The notes beneath the pieces are model-generated. The model saw nothing but the letters and a program-made list of their open reading frames with translations. It had not been told where the DNA came from and did no database searches. Source: Macrostomum lignano (lineage: Eukaryota). From it: 64,000 bases of DNA. The stretch spans positions 1 to 64,000 of the forward strand of contig NIVC01000606.1 in NCBI GenBank assembly GCA_002269645.1. Reading direction: 5' to 3'. Made by a program: the position numbers and the translations under genes. Below are positions 57,897 to 64,000 of the stretch, piece after piece; positions within the stretch are counted from its first letter, which is position 1; each line of letters begins with the position of its first letter.

Positions 57897-58258
57897 CAGT
57901 CGGGCTGTCACTTTTGACTGATTCTTGAATGAGGCTGACACCTGGGCCCTGCCGCAGATCACAGGCGACAGTCGGGCTGTCACTTTTGACTGATTCTTGA
58001 ATGAGGCTGACACCTGGGCCCTGCCGCAGACCACAGGCGACAGTCGGGCTGTCACTTTTGACTGATTCTTGAATGAGGCTGACACCTGGGCCCTGCCGCA
58101 GACCACAGGCGACAGTCGGGCTGTCACTTTTGACTGATTCTTGAATGAGGCTGACACCTGGGCCCTGCCGCAGACCACAGGCGACAGTCGGGCTGTCACT
58201 TTTGACTGATTCTTGAATGAGGCTGACTGACACCTGGGCCCTGCCGCAGATCACAGTC
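57897..58258. repeat. 72-bp tandem repeat, about 5 copies, adjoining a SINE-like head
   Basis: cagtcgggctgtcacttttgactgattcttgaatgagg... units; adjacent ggaatcgaaccagggtc is a reverse-complement B-box. Confidence 0.9.
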
Positions 58259-58925
58259 GACTTGCAGCCAGTGGGAAAAAAGTTTCAAAATGTTTTCCAT
58301 GCAACGTTAAGGCATGGAGTAGCTAGGTGGTTTTGTCCTCCCTGATGTTAGTATTTCATATAAATTAACATGTAGGGGTAAGTCAAGTCCATCAGTTGCT
58401 GATATGATATCCAGCAATTTGATTAGAATTTATATTTCGCTCAACAAGATTGCTGTTTCCAGTTTATTTTAATCCTACTGCTCGTTGCTTAATCGCCTGT
58501 TGGGAACAATTCAGTCAGGATCGACAGTCTTGCGGGTGGGTTACGACTGAAGTTATTATAATAATTTGGTTCATATTAATTAGTTAACCGCGGCCAAATC
58601 TCAGGGTGGAGATTGGCGGCAGCTTGCTCTGCCTCTTGTTGTTGCCGACTGGCCTTAGCCGGGTCAGGAGCCGCTGCAGAGACACTGCAAAGGTTGGGTA
58701 TTAATTGCGAATGCGGATTATTCTCAACATTTGCTTTGAGGTGTCCGCTCCTTTCCTATCTGCATTGCATCTGTCAACCAGCTTCAGCTCTGGCTGCAAA
58801 TATTTGACTGGGAGAAATCTGGCCTGCTGTTTTTACAACTGTTATGCAGGGAATCTGCAGTGTTTGCTCTCTCTGTATCTCTGTGTATTTTTTGCTGCTT
58901 TGAGCGGCCTACAGTTCAAAAGTGA

Positions 58926-59365
58926 TCATAAAAAACTCTGCCAACCTCGCTTGGCCAACGAGTGCAGCTGCTCTTCTTCGCGCAGCTCAGCTGGCTGTCT
59001 CTGGTAGCCCTCAGCGAAGTCCAGGCTGTCTGCAAAGATCAAATCTCTTTATAGTTGAGTTGGTAAAGGATTCGCCAGCAGAAATGCTAAACATTTTTCG
59101 ACGCTAATAGCCGCGACAAAGTTTTTGCCAATTCGTATTTAAATAATTCATCATTTCTAATGGATCGATCGAGGCGCTAAATGGAGTGAGCGAGAAAATC
59201 TAGTTTGATACTCGAAGATAGAATAGCAACAGGCAGACTTTCTCGAGTTTCGAACTCACCATCGCCCGGATATTCGACAGCTGAGCAGGCCGCCTGCTGC
59301 GGTAGCATTGTCAGGCAGGAGAGCGCAATGCACAGGCCCAGGATTGTCTTGCACGCGGCAGCCAT
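58926..59365 (-). CDS. Small secreted neuropeptide-like precursor, 2 coding exons, 69 aa, ending KR-GWQSFL-stop
   Basis: Exon 59365-59260 encodes a signal-peptide-like MAAACKTILGLCIALSCLTMLPQQAACSA and has donor G|GTGAGT. Exon 59029-58926 follows ttgatctttgcag. The pro-region is acidic, with a dibasic KR. A TATA-like TTTAAATA lies at 59498-59491. Confidence 0.7.
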
Positions 59366-60149
59366 TTGCTTGTGTGTCAACTGTATCTACGGGCAAACTT
59401 ATTAAAGGCTTAATTTCTGGGGGTTGGCTTGGCGCTTGCAGCAGCTGACGTTTGAGTTCGCGAGCTCCGGGCCACTGTCTGTCTGGCTCCTATTTAAAGA
59501 AGTTTACGCTCAACTGCAGTGTCCTCATTGGTCCATCCGACGTGTTGACAGCCGTAGTCACTCTCCTATACACGCCTAGGCTGAGGCCTATAGCTTTTCC
59601 TTAATCCCCTAGTCAGCTCCACTCGCGCTCATCATCAATCCCCGGCCATCTCGGACCTCCCCAATAGCGCTCCAAACCTTAAGTGCTCTGGGACCCGCAG
59701 GAGGTGTTAATTATTGAGCAAAACTGTGCGCCAACTCCGACTGCGCCTATACAAACCTTGCTGGTACCTGAGACAGGCTTGATTTATTTTCCCATCTCCA
59801 TCTTTCTTGTGCGAGAGACTGCGGTGCCGCGGACAATCAATCTATGGGCCGAAAGCAGCGGCCGACCCGATCCAGTTGTCCACATATTTTTGACGCGTCC
59901 AAGTCATCTTTTGCAGTCATCTGTCCCGGGCATTGAAAATGAGATGGATTGGCATCGCCAAATTATATGGCTGTTTGAAATGCATTTTTCCCAAAAAATA
60001 AAACGCATAGCGGCTTGCTTTCGTGTGCGAATTTGTCTAGGAATTGCTGAAACAAAATAGGCAGATGAATCCCGTGGTTTCAAATGATGGTTCCACGGCC
60101 CGAAGGATAGGGAATTGTGGCCGAGAAGGAACGAGAGGTGGCTAGGTTG

Positions 60150-61610
60150 GCCTGGAGGACCGGAAAGGGTGGCATGAGGGAGCGGGAAGGGTGACATGAA
60201 GGAGCGGGAAGGGTGTCCTGAAGGAGCGGGAAGGGTGACATGAGGGAGCGGAAAGGGTGACATGAAGGAGCGGGAAGGGTGGCCTGAAGGAGCGGGAAGG
60301 GTGGCCTGAAGGAGCGGGAAGGGTGACATGAATAAGGAGCGGGAAGGGTGGCCTGAAGGAGCGGGAAGGGTGACATGAAGGAGCGGGAAGGGTGACATGA
60401 AGGAGCGGGAAGGGTGACATGAAGGAGCGGGAAGAGTGACATGAAGGATCGGGAAGGGTGACATGAAGGAGCGGGAAGGGTGACATGAAGGAGCGGGAAG
60501 GGTGAAATGAAGGAGCGGGAAGGGTGACATGAAGGAGCGGGAAGGGTGACATGAAGGAGCGGGAAGGGTGACATGAAGGAGCGGGAAGGGTGACATGAAG
60601 GAGCGGGAAGGGTGGCCTGAAGGAGCGGGAAGGGTGACATGAAGGAGCGGGAAGGGTGGCCTGAAAGAGCGGGAAGGGTGACATGAAGGAGCGGGAAGGG
60701 TGGCATGAAGGAGCGGGAAGGGTGACATGAAGGAGCGGGAAGGGTGACATGAAGGAGCGGGAAGGGTGACATGAAGGAGCGGGAAGGGTGACATGAAGGA
60801 GCGGGAAGGGTGACATGAAGGAGCGCGAAGGGTGGCCTGAAGGAGCGGGAAGGGTGACATGAAGGAGCGGGAAGGGTGGCATGAAGGAGCGGGAAGGGTG
60901 ACATGAAGGAGCGGGAAGGGTGACATGAAGGAGCGGGAAGGGTGACATGAAGGAGCGGGAAGGGTGACATGAAGGAGCGGGAAGGGTGACATGAAGGAGC
61001 GGGAAGGGTGACATGAAGGAGCGCGAAGGGTGGCCTGAAGGAGCGGGAAGGGTGACATGAAGGAGCGGGAAGGGTGGCCTGAAAGAGCGGGAAGGGTGAC
61101 ATGAAGGAGCGGGAAGGGTGGCCTGAAGGAGCGGGAAGGGTGACATGAAGGAGCGGGAAGGGTGACATGAAGGAGCGGGAAGGGTGACATGAAGGAGCGG
61201 GAAGGGTGACATGAAGGAGCGGGAAGGGTGGCCTGAAGGAGCGGGAAGGGTGACATGAATAAGGAGCGGGAAGGGTGGCCTGAAGGAGCGGGAAGGGTGA
61301 CATGAAGGAGCGGGAAGGGTGACATGAAGGAGCGGGAAGGGTGAGTACATGAAGGATCGGGAAGGGTGACATGAAGGAGCGGGAAGGGTGGCATGAATAA
61401 GGAGCGGGAAGGGTGACATGAAGGAGCGGGAAGGGTGGCATGAATAAGGAGCGGGAAGGGTGACATGAAGGAGCGGGAAGGGTGGCCTGAAGGAGCGGGA
61501 AGGGTGACATGAAGGATCGGGAAGGGTGACATGAAGGAGCGGGAAGGGTGGCATGAAGGAGCGGGAAGGGTGACATGAAGGAGCGGGAAGGGTGACATGA
61601 AGGAGCGGAA
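60150..61610. repeat. 22-bp G-rich minisatellite, about 65 copies
   Basis: gaaggagcgggaagggtgacat repeated. Confidence 0.95.
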
Positions 61611-62424
61611 ACGGTGTTGAAGGTGGCGGGAATGAATCAAAAGCATTAATTTTAATTTCAGGTAATTAAAATGGGGTCTTCACCAGAACAGTTGACAATT
61701 AATACGATAGTAGAAATTTTGTCCTCTTAAAGTACTTCCAAATCAAGCCTCTGAACTATTCATTTCATTTTACTTTTGAAAAATGTATCTTAAACTGACG
61801 AAAGAAAATAAAACAGTGGATTTTTTACTTATCAAAGAAATTTTTTAACCATAGTTTTTAAATTTTCATCCGAGCCAACTTACTGCTTAAATAGCTATCG
61901 ATTTGGCCCCTGTTTGACTATAGTTTGTTGTTTTACACTAATTCAAATTACGCGCTGTCTGGGTTGCCTGTAAATCGATGCATTTGCATGTCAATCAACT
62001 GCGTTCTAAAAAATTTCCATCTTGACTTTCAATGTCAATTAAAAGCTAACTAGCTGATTAGGGTTTTAATTAGTTTTCCCTGTTCTGAAACTATGTTCCT
62101 CGGAGTATGTCTCAATTAAATAAATAAATGTGTATTTACTTGGCCTAGTAAATTAAATCCTTATTCTACAAGAATCAAATCAAGTTCACCAGATACTACT
62201 TATACCACAGTGCATGAGTAGCGACATTGAAATCAGCACAAATACTGTGGTTTATATTATAGTTGAATTATTTTATGACATTGTAAATTTGTAACACAAC
62301 TTTTCAGAGACTTTTCAGAGTGAGGGGAAACCAGAACCATCTCTCAACACTGGACCTGTCAATGGGCAGTTGCTGTACTTGATTAAAACCGTGCCTCCGC
62401 GCAGGCTGAGCGACACGGCCTGGC

Positions 62425-62966
62425 CATGGGGCGTTGCCTGGGGGGGGGGGCACAGTCAAGAATTCAACATGTACATGTGCATGTGCATTACATGACTAGA
62501 TTCCTACAGTTCCATTACTTTGAGAATCGTGTTGTCAGCGCTCATTTTGGCACCGCAGTATTGGTCATTTTAGCGCCACAGGTTCTCATTTTGGCGCCGA
62601 AGGCACTCATTTTGGCGCCGCAAACACTCATTTTGGTGCCACAGACACTCATTTTGGTGCCACAGACACTCATTTTTGTGCCAAAGGCACTCATTTTGGT
62701 GCCGCAGACACTCATTTTGGTGCCGCAGACACTCATTTTGGTGCCGCAGACACTCATTTTGGTGCCGCACTCATTTTGGCGCTGCAGACACTCTGCATTT
62801 TGGTGCCACATGCACTCATTTTGGTGCCACATGCACTCATTTTGGTGCCACAGGCACTCATTTTGGCGCTGCAGACACTCATTTTGGTGCTACAGGCACT
62901 CATTTTGGTGCCACAGGCACTCATTTTGTCCCCCCCCCCCACCATAAAATCCATTCGACGCCCCTG
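62425..62966. mobile_element. MITE with an internal 21-bp minisatellite
   Basis: Ends catggggcgttg...tcgacgcccctg, flanked by ctggc on both sides; array ttttggtgccgcagacactca; shares a ggattttatggtgg..ggacaaa arm with 42688-43188 in the opposite orientation. Confidence 0.6.
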
Positions 62967-64000
62967 CTGGCAGTATAGATACTTATAAATATTTATTAAA
63001 GTGGAAACTTCTTTCAGTAGCAAAAGACTATATTTGCTCGATGGAGACCTTGTGTTGTATATATGAGGTGATTCTTAAATTTTTATGTTGATAAGTTAAT
63101 TGTCAGCACTACTCAATTTTATTCTTAATTAATTTCTCTCTCCTGATCTCACTGCCACCCTGCTTCTGCTGTAACTCGAAAGATGTAAAATAACTCGATC
63201 TACATGTACATACAATTCTGCAATTGACTTTGTTGCAGTCAATTAATGTTACGTACCGTAAGCATACATTCGCAATTCGGGAAAATGACGAAATTATTAA
63301 TCTGCTGTATTCATGCAGACGAGATTTAGATATCGAAAAGCATTTCTTATGTACATGTACATGTAGGCTTTCTCTTAACAATAAAAATGTGCCAAAAAAG
63401 TGCAAAATTTAATGTAAATTACAGTACACCTCCTTGAAAAATGCCTAGCAAACATGCGGAAAAACATGTTGAATAAATGTGCCGTACGGACATGAGGAAT
63501 ATGTGCAATATAAAATTGGAATAACGTGCGGAATATAGCTAGGCTTTAATTCATATACCGATTTCACATTCTGGAAGCAGAATCGGTTTAGATGATCTCT
63601 TCCAAAAAAGCAGTATAATTATTTAACTTTGTTGGACGTTTGGCTGCCTAAACAGCCTCACTTTGCCCAGTTTTTTACTTTCTTCTTGACTATATATTGT
63701 CATTCAATAATTACAACTTTATAGCACACGTATATAGCACGTTAACAAAGTTATACTTTACAAGTTGGATCTGGTTCAAGAACTAGAAAAAGCGATATGA
63801 AAAGGCCCTAACATGCGGACAACGTGCGGAATATAACATATGCAGCGTAAGTTATTCACGTCAAAGATGCGCAAAAACAAGAGTTTAACAAATGAAAGCA
63901 AACATCAGCATAAATAATAGCATGAACTTAATTTAAATATACATTTGAGTTGTAGCTTTAGACTGGTTTGTTGTCGTTGTTGTTGTTGATGTTTTATATT

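Noticed and set aside
59904-61646. Very long ORFs (470-580 aa) in three minus-strand frames
   Set aside because: These are translations of a stop-free 22-bp minisatellite, with no domain content or splice context.

Overview
Eukaryotic, intron-rich animal DNA with GC-rich exons, many minisatellites and TTAGGG repeats. The overall character suggests a free-living flatworm such as Macrostomum; this is an inference, not confirmed. Host genes: a CEP135/TSGA10-family centriolar coiled-coil gene (minus, 7 coding exons, 1335-35108, about 973 aa, apparently lacking the CEP135 N-terminus); an 11-exon class-V PLP aminotransferase/cysteine-desulfurase-like gene (plus, 37638-43549); a same-strand cluster of PTS, a 60-aa membrane smORF, RPL12 and GPN3 (50451-57532), where PTS and GPN3 have no genomic in-frame ATG before their catalytic motifs; and a small neuropeptide-like precursor (minus, 58926-59365). 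The main structure is an 18.9-kb array of three Helitron units fused precisely head-to-tail (CTAG|TC) in a 24-kb CEP135 intron. The middle unit encodes an intact 9-exon, 1766-aa STPR-repeat/OTU/Rep/Pif1-helicase protein. The units carry modules made of a tRNA-like Pol III head plus a satellite, as well as interstitial TTAGGG and decayed internal 3' termini. Also present: a CACTA-like element nested in a tRNA-SINE, a CORE-SINE, hAT-like MITEs, a MULE transposase remnant, a mitochondrial LSU rRNA-like fragment and many tandem arrays. All exon models were read by hand and are unvalidated by RNA data.
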